A stretch of 64,000 nucleotides of DNA from a virus. The stretch is from positions 1 through 64,000 of the IMG/VR virus record IMGVR_UViG_3300018044_000001; one strand, written 5' to 3'. This document shows positions 47,686 to 58,400 of the stretch, piece after piece. Made by a program: the position numbers and the translations under genes. Within the stretch, counting starts at the first letter, position 1; every line of letters begins with the position of its first letter. The notes below the pieces were generated by a model, which saw nothing but the letters and a program-made list of their open reading frames with translations, was not told the origin of the DNA and made no database searches.

Positions 47686-50600
47686 CTACGCATCCGAATA
47701 GGAAGGAGGAGTCGTACCAATGCCGACTCCAGTGATTCCCTGGATTAAGCCATTCCATGCCGATGTTGTTACTCACCGCATTCGGTGGGTCGCTTCATTT
47801 CTGAGCGGCTCTTGTCATCTCTGACAAGTCCAGATCATATCATCGTCCGTTTAGGACGCCCAGTACATGATCGTTGAACCTTCACCATCTTACAGGTGCT
47901 TGGCTGCTGATTGTCCCTACCGTTCGCTTCTCAAACCGTCACGCTTGCGTTTTCACGCTACGTTGTGGTGCGAACGTCTAGCAGGACGTTCCAGCAATTC
48001 TCTGAGTTTGCATCCATCCATTACTGGATGGTGGCCCCCAATCGAGGCGCATAGTGGCAGAACGTTCCGATCTCAACTTTGTTGTTACCGTTTACACGGG
48101 CCAGGTCATTTCTGCCTGACTCCCACCATCTCTGATGGGAACGGATCATATCTTCACCCGTTTGCACGGGGCACCGTACATGATCTCTGAAGCTTCCCCA
48201 GTGAAGGGGCTCGCCTGCTGATTGTCCATAGCCATTGCTTTTCAAGCCTTCACGCTCGCCCTTTCGAGCCACGTTGTAGCGCAATGGATTGGCTGGACGT
48301 TCCAGCAATTCTCGGTGTTGATTTTCATGCCTATTGCTAGGCAGCGACCCTGAAAATCCAGGTCGACGCGTCGTAGGTAAATTGAACTACTGGCCATTGC
48401 ACAGCTCGCTCTTGTTGCCGCTTGCGCGGGACACATTTGGTGTGTCTCTTCATGTCTCCATGAAGGCCGGACTATATCTTCACCCACTTGGGATGCTCAG
48501 TACATAGTCTCTGAACCTTCCCCTGTTTGGGGGCTCGGCTGCTGATTGTCCGTATCACCTGCTTCTCAAACCATCGCGCTCGCCCTTTCGGGCCACGCTG
48601 TGGTGCAGGTGCTTAGCCGGAGTTCCCAGCAATTCTCTGAGTTGCAACTGCGTATCGCTACGCAGCGACGCTCGCGTGAACGTAGTCTTGTGGCAGTACC
48701 ATAACCGATGTTTCAGCAACGTTGGAATCCGGTATCGGCAGGTTCTTCTGCCTGATCAGCGCATTACCCTGTGGAATCCACGGGTGCACAGTGATCGGAA
48801 CACTCGAACCAGTCACTTCGTTCATCAATGTCGAGACAACGACGCCAGCGTGGACGCCGCCCATCTCTGACTGATTCACGAAGATACGATACGCGCTGCT
48901 CTGAGGGTTGTTCAGGATCGCGTTGGAAAGCTGCAAACGGTCGAAGCCGTTCATCCAGACTTCCTCCGGGTCACTCTTCACAGCCTCATACAAGGAACCG
49001 AACGCATACTGGAACTCAACGCCAGGGTTGGTGGTGCTGAACGCCGCGTTCAACCTTGTCACATAGCCACCGGATGCGGCTACGTTGGTGAGCAATCCAT
49101 CGTAGTTAGTTGCGACCGCAGATGCGTCAAGACCGTTCGATGGAGTAACGGCAGGACCGCTCTGTGGGAAGGATGTCACATATCCGACGTTGTACCCGGT
49201 ACGACCTGCGTAGTAGGCCGATGCCGAAGACGACACCGAGGATACGAACAGGTTGTAGCCAAGTGCTCCAGTGGAGTCTGTGCCAATTGTTACCTGGACG
49301 GCCTGACCGGCGGTCACGGAAACAGATGCAGCCGCAGTAGTTGCGGACTGGTGCATCGTAGATCCGTTGACACCGAGCAGGTCACCAGCGTCGGCGGCCG
49401 CCGTCACCCACAACGTTGTCGTTGGGATGGTGGACTTGCCACCGGGAGCTAGGGATGCGCTGACTGCGGCTAGGGTCAATGCCCCTGGTGCAGCAAGAGC
49501 GCCCGCGTAGCCTGACTGGCTGCCGCGTCCGTAAAGCATGAGCCTTTCATCAATCAACATCGTGGAGTAGAGAAGGGCGGTGTTGCTCAAAGAACGTACG
49601 TCTTCGAAGCCCTGTCCCTGATACTCCCGTACTTGTGACCGTCCTCCAAAGGACGGGTCGCATCATTTCTGTGCGACTCTTCACGTTACCGTGAAGCGCG
49701 GACTATATCTTAATCTGCAAGGAGTCTCTTGCGACTCCAGTGTCCTGGCGATGCGCGCCATGCTAAGATGGCGGTTTGCAACTGGTCCCTTCGTCTTTGC
49801 TTCAGCCATGGCCACATGGCAACGGCTAGTGCATACGCATCGGCACCATGAGCACGATAGTCCCATAATGGCCGATGTTTCATGCTAGGCGATTGGCGCG
49901 GGCCGTTACACGTGCCCACTCCTGCCAGTTCGTGAAAGGTGCGGATTACGTCTTCGTCAATCATGCTGATAGCACAACGAAAACCCACCGTTGTAAAGGG
50001 ACGTCCATCGGCCCGCACATACGAGCGTGGTCGACCCTGTACATACCCTTCACCTTCAAACACTCCAGCCATCCAGGCTAGATTCTCGCGTGTCCAGTTT
50101 TTTGATCTGTTTGCAGATTCCATGCGCTTAGTCTCTGAGCCTTCCTCGTAGCTTGCGCCTTAGAGGCTTTGGTTGCTGATTACCCTATACTAGCACTTCT
50201 CAAACCGTCGCGCTCACGTTTTCACGTCACGCTGTGGTGTGCTTCGCTTCAGGGCGTCCCAGCAGTTTTCATGGTTGTCATCTGCCTATCGCTAGGCAGC
50301 GGACCCTAGTTGAGCCTGCCACGATACTGAGTCCGATAGCGACGTTGTGACGTATGGAAGCGTCACGCTGTAACCATCGTAGTTGATGTAAGGTCCACGA
50401 ATGTAGCTTAACCCGCCAGGACCAGAGGAGTTCAGGTAGGATTCCGTGATACCCGGCTGCACCGTAGTGGCACCGCCTGTTGATGTACCCGTGAACCCGC
50501 TGATCACCTTGAACTGTCGGTTAGCGCCTTGACCCTTGACTCTTGGAATCGAATTTCGCAAGGGTGTCGGACGAGGCGTCAAAAGTTTGGCCGGAGCCTC

Positions 50601-51984
50601 ACTAAAATGTTACTAAACTTGTCAGGTTTAGATCACGTCATTTCTGCGTGATTCTACGCGTCTCCGCGCAGTTCGGACTATATCTTAATCTGTGTGCTGT
50701 CCACATGAACATGGTTTGCCACGGTTGATATTCCATCGTTGGCATTGTGCCTTGGCTGGATACCAACCTTTGAGTGATGCGCTGATCTTGGCTTTCTCTT
50801 CTGGTGTGTGTAAGACACCTTTTTGAGATTCGCTTCTCTTGGCCCGAGATGCGGGCGACCAAACGTGACCGGGTTTGAATGTACCGGCGTTCGGGTGTCC
50901 TTTGTGAATCTCACTCAGTTTGGCGCGCGTTTCGGGTGTAGCGGTAGTCCCCGTACGCGCATTGCTAATCTTGCTGCGCGTAACAGAAGAATGCGAACGA
51001 CCGTAAAATGGATTCCCATCACCAGTCATGGCGGCACTCCTGAGTGCCCTCACCTCTGGCGTAAAAACTGGACCATCCTCGCCGCCCGCAGTACCGTTGG
51101 TGAGTCGACACCCGATCGACCGATAGTAGCCTATCCAATAATTTTCAGCTACCTGCCAGTCCGACGACGGCACTTCCTGTACTAACGTGATCTGTGGATC
51201 ATATCCACATCGCAGCAGTTTGGCTATCCAACGAGATCGCCAGTCGCCTTGGCCAATGCGTGCCTGACTGCGGTGACAGGATAGTCTGTCGGAAAGGCGT
51301 TGTATTGTCTTGCCTACGTATCGAATCTCATTGTCGCGTGGATCAATGAGCACGTAGATTTTTGTCATGCGTGACAACTTACAGATTCCACGTACATAGT
51401 CTCTGAACCTTCCTCGTGCCCTGGACGGGTGTAGAGGCTCGGCTGCTGATTGCCCTATACTAGCACTTTTCAAACCGTCGCGTCAAGTCTTTCGACTCCC
51501 GCTGTGGTGTGCTTCGCTTCAGGGTATTCCAGCAATTCTCGTGGTTATTGCCTGCGTATCGCTACGCAGCGATCCCGAGGGGGAGATCGTAGGGGACCAA
51601 ACCTGTGGTCACAGGCGTGGTCAATGTCCATTCTTTCTCCATCTCTTGCCAGTCAACAGCGCCCGCACTCTTTGCCATCTCGTAAGCATCAACAGCCTTA
51701 CGTACGACACCAGCGCGGTCACTCCTCTTGGCAATTGGAGCTACAGGCCCATGCCCCGGGATAAAACCAGTTGCGATCGTATCCGGGGGTGCCTGCACAA
51801 AGCCGACATCGCCGTTCAAACCGGCAATCGTGGCCTTGGTCATTTCTGATAGGAACTCTTGACGATCCTCTGTTACCTCACGATCAGACTTTGCACTGAA
51901 GCGCAATGCGCCACCGTGTGCAGCCTGAGCACCAGGATCACGAGAACCGTCGAACAACTCCCTTGCATTTGGAAGGGACGGCAT
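47686..51984 (-). CDS. major capsid protein, 6 exons (51984-51584, 50601-50313, 49626-48680, 48406-48360, 48076-48045, 47760-47686), 596 aa spliced
   Basis: exons sum to 1791 nt and join in frame: PYDL/EAPAKLL, WQA/EYQGQGFED, QDYV/AVQWP, AST/FEIGT, YAP/AWNGLIQG; follows protease and scaffold. Confidence 0.88.
47761..48044 (-). ncRNA. group I intron 5 (284 nt, no ORF)
   Basis: P1 GCCU.GGGC, AATTGCTGGAA, AATCAGCAG, P7 GATCA/TGATC, terminal G. Confidence 0.88.
48077..48359 (-). ncRNA. group I intron 4 (283 nt, no ORF)
   Basis: P1 GACCU.GGGUC, AATTGCTGGAA, AATCAGCAGG, TCAGAGATCA and AAGATATGATCC, terminal G. Confidence 0.9.
48407..48679 (-). ncRNA. group I intron 3 (273 nt, no ORF)
   Basis: P1 ACGU.GCGU, AATTGCTGGGAA, AATCAGCAG, TTCAGAGACTA, AAGATATAGTCC, terminal G. 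Confidence 0.9.
49627..50312 (-). mobile_element. group I intron 2 (686 nt) carrying LAGLIDADG ORF in P8
   Basis: AACTGCTGGGA, AATCAGCA, TCAGAGACTA, AAGATATAGTCC; U.G splice site after GCT; terminal G. Confidence 0.9.
49710..50123 (-). CDS. single-motif LAGLIDADG homing endonuclease
   Basis: LAWMAGVFEGEGYV; stop codon overlaps intron S element. Confidence 0.85.
   Translation of the reverse strand: MESANRSKNWTRENLAWMAGVFEGEGYVQGRPRSYVRADGRPFTTVGFRCAISMIDEDVIRTFHELAGVGTCNGPRQSPSMKHRPLWDYRAHGADAYALAVAMWPWLKQRRRDQLQTAILAWRASPGHWSRKRLLAD
50602..51583 (-). mobile_element. group I intron 1 (982 nt) carrying GIY-YIG ORF in P8
   Basis: P1 GAUCU.GGAUC, AATTGCTGGAA, AATCAGCAGCC, TTCAGAGACTA, AAGATATAGTCC, terminal G. 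Confidence 0.92.
50685..51368 (-). CDS. GIY-YIG homing endonuclease with NUMOD3 repeats
   Basis: IYVLIDPRDNEIRYVGKT, LTNGTAGGE, GNPFYGRSHS, HTPEEKAKIS. Confidence 0.88.
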   Translation of the reverse strand: MTKIYVLIDPRDNEIRYVGKTIQRLSDRLSCHRSQARIGQGDWRSRWIAKLLRCGYDPQITLVQEVPSSDWQVAENYWIGYYRSIGCRLTNGTAGGEDGPVFTPEVRALRSAAMTGDGNPFYGRSHSSVTRSKISNARTGTTATPETRAKLSEIHKGHPNAGTFKPGHVWSPASRAKRSESQKGVLHTPEEKAKISASLKGWYPAKAQCQRWNINRGKPCSCGQHTD

Positions 51985-52005
51985 GTGTTACTTCACTTTC
52001 CGACC

Positions 52006-54054
52006 TTAACTCGCCAACTGCGCGCGCAACTCCTTGATCAACTCACGGTTGCCATCGCGGACGGTCAGGTCTGGGGTATCGCGAGCTTCGCGCTCAAGAG
52101 CTGCTATGCGCAGTTCCGTCATGTCGCGGCTCGCGGTTTTCATGGTCATTTCTGGTGTGCGGGTCTTTACCGGCCCACCAGGAGCTGCCATTTTCTTGAC
52201 CCCATCCAACTCACTCTTCAACGTCTCGACTGTCGCCTGCAGACTCTGATTCTGCTCAACGACCTTTGCGAGATGCTCTTCAATTTGCTTGGTTAGTGCC
52301 GCGTTTTCAGCAGCTTGTTTCTCTGCCTCTTCGGCCTTGCGCAGCTCCTTCTTGGCAGCCTTGCGCGCCGCTTTGGCTTCGATCTGTTCAGGCGTCAGTT
52401 CCTCTTCGTCTGCAGCCTTGGCCGCACCAGTCGCCTGGTTCGTACCGCTGGCGCTTTCGTTGTCTCCGTGATCTGCCTCGTCCTCAAGGTCGTCATTTTC
52501 GTCCTTGGGGGCCTTTTGCTTGTTCTTCTTGTCGGCACCCTTCGCGTTGGAAATGGCGTCTGCCTCATCCATCGCGGGCTTGCCCTTCAGTGCCTCACCA
52601 ATGAGCTTGACGAGCTTTTCATCGCGCCCGTCGAGCACCTGTAGAAGCTCGTCGCCTGTCATATCATCAATCTCCTTGGCGAGTATCGCCTTAGTGGTTT
52701 CGTCGTCATCGTCATCATCATCGTCATCCGAGTCAGAATCGGAATCATCGTCCCCGTCGTCGTCATCGTCAGAATCCGACTCGGGGTCATCCACGCCCAA
52801 CAGTCCACTGATCACAGCACGGGCAGCCACGAGGGCGCTAATCGAGTCTCCCGATAGTCTTGCACCTGATTTTTCTGCGGTGTCGTCCAACGCTTTCTCT
52901 GCTTGCGAAGCAACGGCCTCATGGAAGGCAAGCGTCGCCATCTGCCCGATTGCCGCAGACAAGATGTCCAGCACGCACTCGGCACTGAACGTGTCGAACA
53001 CGTCATTGCCCTCGCCAGCAGCCACCTCAATGGCCTCACGGTCACGGAACTGCCGCGTCAGTTCATATGCCTGCAGGATCAGATTGGCCGCGTCTGAAGC
53101 GATCACAGCGTCCGCTGCTTCCCATTCTGGCGAACCAGGCATAGCAGCAGCGTCGTCTGCAGCAGGTGCGGCAGGTGGTGCACCAGTTACGGAGCCACCA
53201 AGGAATGGGTTGTCACCGCTAACGACGCCATCCTTCTCAACAAGCTCGACACTCTTGGTAGCCAACGACCCGTCCGAGTTCCAGTTGTCTGGAATCTTGG
53301 ACGACAAGTTCAGCGCCTTCGCGCGTGCGATGATGTGCTTACGAATGGCATCGTGGTCAGCACCGCCGCGACCGACAGCATGGATCGCGTTGTCAAGGTC
53401 TTCGGCATCGGCAACAGGGTAGGCACCGTCAGACATGGCCTGACCACTGCTGGCCATCTTGTCGCGGTCAGCCTGCTTGTACTTGGCCTTGACTAGTTCC
53501 TCATATGCAGCAAGTGCTTTGTCGATCGTGGTGCGACCGTTGCCATCGTCGGACGATCCTGCGAACCCAGGCTGCGCGTTCAACTTGTCAGCGGGCGGCA
53601 TCTGTCCATCGCTGCCAGTACCGTTGCAGTCTGTACATGTCTTGCCGTCAAGTAGCGTGCCGCTGCCATGACATGTCGGGCAGTCCTTGGCGGTTGGTAC
53701 GGGCACACCACTTGCAGCCGTTGCCTTGGCAGCCTCAAGCAGTTCCTTCTCTGTCTGTCCGACCTTGGGAGCGTTGCCGGTGCCGAGACACTTCGGGCAC
53801 TTGCGGTGGCCTTCCATGATCTTGCCCGTGCCCTTGCATTTAGGACAGTCCTGGCTGTCGTCACCGTCGTCTGTCTCGTCGTCGGCCTTGACAATCTCCA
53901 TGTCAAGATTCTCCGCGACCTGTTCTAGGACTGCGCGAACCTCTTCGCTGGCAGACTTGGCAAGTAACGCTTTGAAACCGTTAGCACCTTTGCCCACGAG
54001 ATGGAGTTCATCGGGATCGATCTCCTCGAACTCCGTGATAGCTACGTCTGTCAT
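52006..54054 (-). CDS. scaffold-like protein with DnaJ-type zinc fingers
   Basis: four CxxCxGxG motifs, AMSDGAYPV..IPDNW domain, acidic tract, coiled-coil C-terminus; directly upstream of capsid. Confidence 0.7.
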   Translation of the reverse strand: MTDVAITEFEEIDPDELHLVGKGANGFKALLAKSASEEVRAVLEQVAENLDMEIVKADDETDDGDDSQDCPKCKGTGKIMEGHRKCPKCLGTGNAPKVGQTEKELLEAAKATAASGVPVPTAKDCPTCHGSGTLLDGKTCTDCNGTGSDGQMPPADKLNAQPGFAGSSDDGNGRTTIDKALAAYEELVKAKYKQADRDKMASSGQAMSDGAYPVADAEDLDNAIHAVGRGGADHDAIRKHIIARAKALNLSSKIPDNWNSDGSLATKSVELVEKDGVVSGDNPFLGGSVTGAPPAAPAADDAAAMPGSPEWEAADAVIASDAANLILQAYELTRQFRDREAIEVAAGEGNDVFDTFSAECVLDILSAAIGQMATLAFHEAVASQAEKALDDTAEKSGARLSGDSISALVAARAVISGLLGVDDPESDSDDDDDGDDDSDSDSDDDDDDDDDETTKAILAKEIDDMTGDELLQVLDGRDEKLVKLIGEALKGKPAMDEADAISNAKGADKKNKQKAPKDENDDLEDEADHGDNESASGTNQATGAAKAADEEELTPEQIEAKAARKAAKKELRKAEEAEKQAAENAALTKQIEEHLAKVVEQNQSLQATVETLKSELDGVKKMAAPGGPVKTRTPEMTMKTASRDMTELRIAALEREARDTPDLTVRDGNRELIKELRAQLAS

Positions 54055-54056
54055 GA

Positions 54057-54566
54057 TCAGCTCCTCAAGTGAGCGAGTGTGTCGGGATCGGGCGTGCGCC
54101 TTCTGGCTCTACCTTGCGGGGACGCCCCGCCGATAACGCCCTGTTTGTACAGCTGCCATGCTTCTGGCGTGAGGATCATTCCACATAGCCAGTCGCCGGG
54201 TTCAACTACCTGTTCGGTCGTGCCATCCGCAGACTTTTCAACCCATGTCGGTCCACGATATATGTAGTTCTCTACGACCTCGCCGGGGTTGTGTCCAGGT
54301 TCATGGAACATGCCGAGCTTGCAACCTTTGCGCATGAAATTGAAACAGGCCAGTTCTATAACTGGGGCCGGGCCGTAATCCCGATGTCCGTCCTGGGCCG
54401 TGCTCACATCGGCCTTCATACACGGATATGCAACCATCAACACATACCGCTGCTCTTCGTTGGACTTAATGACGGCACAGTCGGTAATCGCACGCGCAGG
54501 CGGGGACGGGTCAGGTGTTTCTTCTGGTGTGATGTTCACCGTCAACTTAAAAACGGCTTCGGTCAT
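54057..54566 (-). CDS. XkdF-like prohead serine protease
   Basis: DGHRD, GMFH, VVENYIYRGP, GDWL, GASPQG. Confidence 0.85.
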   Translation of the reverse strand: MTEAVFKLTVNITPEETPDPSPPARAITDCAVIKSNEEQRYVLMVAYPCMKADVSTAQDGHRDYGPAPVIELACFNFMRKGCKLGMFHEPGHNPGEVVENYIYRGPTWVEKSADGTTEQVVEPGDWLCGMILTPEAWQLYKQGVIGGASPQGRARRRTPDPDTLAHLRS

Positions 54567-54961
54567 TTCTGTCCCTTCTGAGGGGTGCGAGTCGCCCACG
54601 GAACCAGGACGAGTGCCACGCCTGCCTGAATCATGGCCTGCGCGTTGTTCTTGTCGTTATCTATCGCCACGTCGATCCCGTGTTGCTGGCACCACAGCGC
54701 CTTCTGTGCTGGAATATCGCCGGACACAACAACCAACTGGTCCCAGCACTGCGTCACGCCGACCTTGTTGAGATACGCTGCCTTGTCTGCCCACGTGGGA
54801 CCGCTTGGCGAATCTGGACTGCTACCGCTTACGACGTAGACGCGGTTGCCATCGGCTTTGAGCGCGCACATCAGGTCACAGAATGCTGGCGGATCGCTGG
54901 AGATGGAGCCGTCGATGTCAATAAGAAAACTGAGCTGCTTAGGATTCAGCATGGGCGACAC
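54563..54961 (-). CDS. HAD-like phosphatase-fold protein
   Basis: IDIDGSI, VVSG, K, IDND motifs. Confidence 0.7.
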   Translation of the reverse strand: MSPMLNPKQLSFLIDIDGSISSDPPAFCDLMCALKADGNRVYVVSGSSPDSPSGPTWADKAAYLNKVGVTQCWDQLVVVSGDIPAQKALWCQQHGIDVAIDNDKNNAQAMIQAGVALVLVPWATRTPQKGQK

Positions 54962-54973
54962 TTTCTGTAAACC

Positions 54974-55423
54974 TTAGATTCCTAACGCAGCACCCCACGC
55001 GTCACGAAAGATGCGAGGTATGACAGGTAGCGCCTTGTCGACGCCTGGCTGCAGGTAGGCGTACGGGGGCTGGTTGAAGTGTCTGCCCAAACTGTCCGTA
55101 CCCGTGAAACCCAGCTCGATGCGACGACCATAGATCATTGTCGGTGCGACAGATATGGTGTATTTGCCAGGTCCGAGCATGATCGGCTCTGGTGGGATGA
55201 GCATGATGGACCGACGCAACGAACCTGTCACTACGTTCGGACGGTTGCCACCTACGTGCGGTTGTCCCTTCGGATGGTTGCCCTCGAACTCACGCCTGGC
55301 GTTGTCCCTAATGAGCAGAGCACCTGTAGCCGTACCCGCTTTGGTTGCCTCGTTGATTCGCTTGATCAACGCGTCCATGGAATCGTTGAAACCCTTGGCG
55401 TCGATTTTGAAGCCACCAGGCAT
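54974..55423 (-). CDS. HK97 gp10-like head-tail protein
   Basis: PNVVTGSLRRSI, YGRRIELG, PYAYLQPG; TAATG overlap with portal stop. Confidence 0.8.
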   Translation of the reverse strand: MPGGFKIDAKGFNDSMDALIKRINEATKAGTATGALLIRDNARREFEGNHPKGQPHVGGNRPNVVTGSLRRSIMLIPPEPIMLGPGKYTISVAPTMIYGRRIELGFTGTDSLGRHFNQPPYAYLQPGVDKALPVIPRIFRDAWGAALGI

Positions 55424-58400
55424 TACTCGTACCCCGTCACTGCTGTGCTTGCACAACGACACAGAGGATGCTCGGGAATGGACGGATCATCGGTGCCAAC
55501 GTCATACGGGCCATTGTCGGCATTCTCTAGGCAATCCTCGCACGCGTTGTCTTCGGCAATCCACCCCCACTGCGAGATACCGTTGACTTCGTATGTATCC
55601 TGCGATGCTGTCTCCGCTGCCCGACAACATTCTGTGTCCGCTATCATGTACGCATTGGCCGTCACGGCATCACTTAGTGACGTGGCAATCGTGTCTACAC
55701 TGTCGCCCCTCGCAATCCCATCCGCGAGCACATTGCCAACACGGTCAATCCCGTTGTCAATCGCAGACTTGATAGTGATGCCAGCCTGCTCAAGTAGTTG
55801 CTGCAGTCCACCATTGGCAACGAGGTCGGATGCTTGGATACTGCCAGGAGTCCAGTCGTCCCATGACAACGCAGTACCGATAGCCATCTGTGCATCAGGT
55901 GATATCTGTTGTGCCGCTGCGTGCGAGCCGACCATGTAACTCTCGGCAATAAGATCACGCAGGATTTGCGCGGCTGATGACTGTGCTACGGTGACGTTCA
56001 TTGCAGCAGCAGATTGGGCAATGCCCTGGTCGTCTGCACCACCACCAGCATCAGCGACTGCCTTCGCAGCAGTCTTACGCTGTGCCTCATCTATCGCCTG
56101 GTGCAACCCCTTGGTGCTGTGCTTCAGTGCTGCCGTGAGTAATGGGGCGTAGTGGGCGACGATGGCGTCGCGGAGGGCGTCGATGGGGTGTGTTGCTTTT
56201 GCTAACCACGGAGGTAGTGTCCATGATCCCACAGACTTTGCAGCAGATGGTGTCTGCACCGTGAACTGAATCGTGCCGTCCTTCTTGATACCTGTCACTA
56301 CGTAGTCAGATCCACGAGGCAGGATCACCTCGCCTTGTCCTGTCCACGTCATCAGTGCGTGCGAACCGGCAGGTATGTTGATCTCTACGTTGTGGCCAGG
56401 ACGGAAGTCGCCGTATTGATTGGCCATTTCACGCAGCATCGTCGTGGACTCATAACCAGGATCGTGATAGGTGTCGCCTACTTTCAATCCTTCAAGCGGT
56501 GCAGCATTCGTAAAGCCACGGTAGACCGTCGTGTCTGCTGTTACTGTCCTGCTTGCGATGGCACTGTCAAGACCCTTGACCTGACCAGCGAAGCCACGAG
56601 TAGAACCGCTTTCGCGTAGTCCGATGTTAACATCAGCACCGCCTGCGGGCCTCGTGTAATCCGATACCGCTCGTGCCTCAGATGCAGTCAGCGGACGCTC
56701 TTCCTTGAACGTTCCCGCGTCGTGAATGGCTGCCAATTGTCGCTCTGCCGCTGTTGGCTTCATGCCTTCAAACGGCGGCGAGTAAACGCAGGGATTGCTC
56801 TCGCCGCTCGACGCTGCGGCACGACCGCCACCACCACTTATGTGTGCAGTGCGTGCACCATCCTCGTTGTGACTACCACCAGTGACGTCAGGCGGGCGAC
56901 TAGCACTAGGGGATGAAGTTCTGCCGCCGCCACGGCCATACAGATCCTCGTAAGATGTGACGTGTCCGCCACCGCTGCCAAACTCGCCCTGCGCGTTACG
57001 CTCCTGAGTCTCCCACGAGTCGCCCCATTTGGCTAGTTGCTCAGGGGTAGTTAGCCCACGAGAGTGGGCGGGATCTTTTGGGTCTGCTTTGACCGCATTG
57101 TTAGCTTTGTCGCCACCCAAAGCAAATCGCACTACTTCATCGCCACGATGTACCGACAGGTAATCAAACGTCAGCGGTGTCAGTGGTAGTGGCTTAGGTA
57201 GCGGATCATCAGGGTCTAGATAAGCAAGCGTGATGTGGGGCATGAAGTCATGTTCACTAGCACTCAGGTCTTCCAGTGCTTCGCGCAAGTCAGTAATGCC
57301 AGCAATGTTGGGCACAACATACACTGGTTTCAGTCCGTCGCTACTTGCCGATGGAGCAAACGACGCAATGCCGCTGATGGTACCAGTCAAAGGTCCGGGC
57401 GCGTCCTTCGCTGCCTTACGGGCTGCATCGCATGCTTCAGCAAATGACTTATCGTCAACGTCTGGACCGAGATAAACGACCGTCAGGTGAAAATCTGTGA
57501 TTCCACCAGATAGCGGAGTAATCACACCGTCAGGCACGTCAAGAGATATCATGCCAGAACGTGGATTCAGGTCGTACGCCTGTGCACTCTTTACCGCGCC
57601 GAGCAGGCTCCAATCTGAACTTTGGCATTCCACTCTGACAGCACTATTCCCAACAACGTCACTAGGCTCCCACCATGCAGCAGCAGCAATCTCGCCGGTG
57701 TCGCGATCAGTCACGTCACCGAGGTCGATGGCAGACTCGTGCTTGATTTGCAGAACGAACGCTTGGTACGTACCGTCAGGTGTGAGCCATGAGCCGGTGA
57801 TGTCACCTTGAGGAAGTGGCAGGCCAACTTCGGCTTGCCATTCCCTGGTAGCACCAGAGAACGCGTCCTCGCCTTTGTGACACTGGCCGCCGGGCCATTC
57901 CCATGTGCCCGGTGCTAGATGGTCGTCGTTCACGCGCTGCACCATGAGAACACGGCCGGTATCGGCGGCGAGGACGATTATGCCAGCAGCGTCGGGTTGG
58001 GCGTTGACGACGGACTTGATAGCATCGAGATCACCAGCACGTCCGAGGTCGTTTAGATGTCTGCCCTGTACGCTGGCCACTGCGGAGAACGAAAAGTCGC
58101 GCCAGCTTCCGCGGTCGATGCGTGCCTTGGCGAACTTGACGAATGACTTGAGTTCCTTCTCTGCGTCCGTGTCGGATTCGCTCTTGGAATCGCTGGCAGA
58201 ACTGTCCTTGCTTGGACTTGATCCTGTAAGCTCAGTATTTCCGTCAGAGTCTGTCGAAGTTCCTCCAGCTGCGCTACCAGTTGGCTTGCGTCCGCTGTTA
58301 TCGTCAGGTGTACTTCCGTTGGCATTAGCGTCTGTGCCTCCATTGTTTGCGGCAGGTGGTGGAACTGGTGAACCGTCAGGTGCGGTCGGAAGGGGCTTGC

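Noticed and set aside
48021-48308. ORFs 48021-48308 and 48242-48487 as genes, or the capsid fragments as separate genes or inteins
   Set aside because: They lie in group I intron cores; the inserts contain stops and lack intein motifs, and splicing restores one frame.
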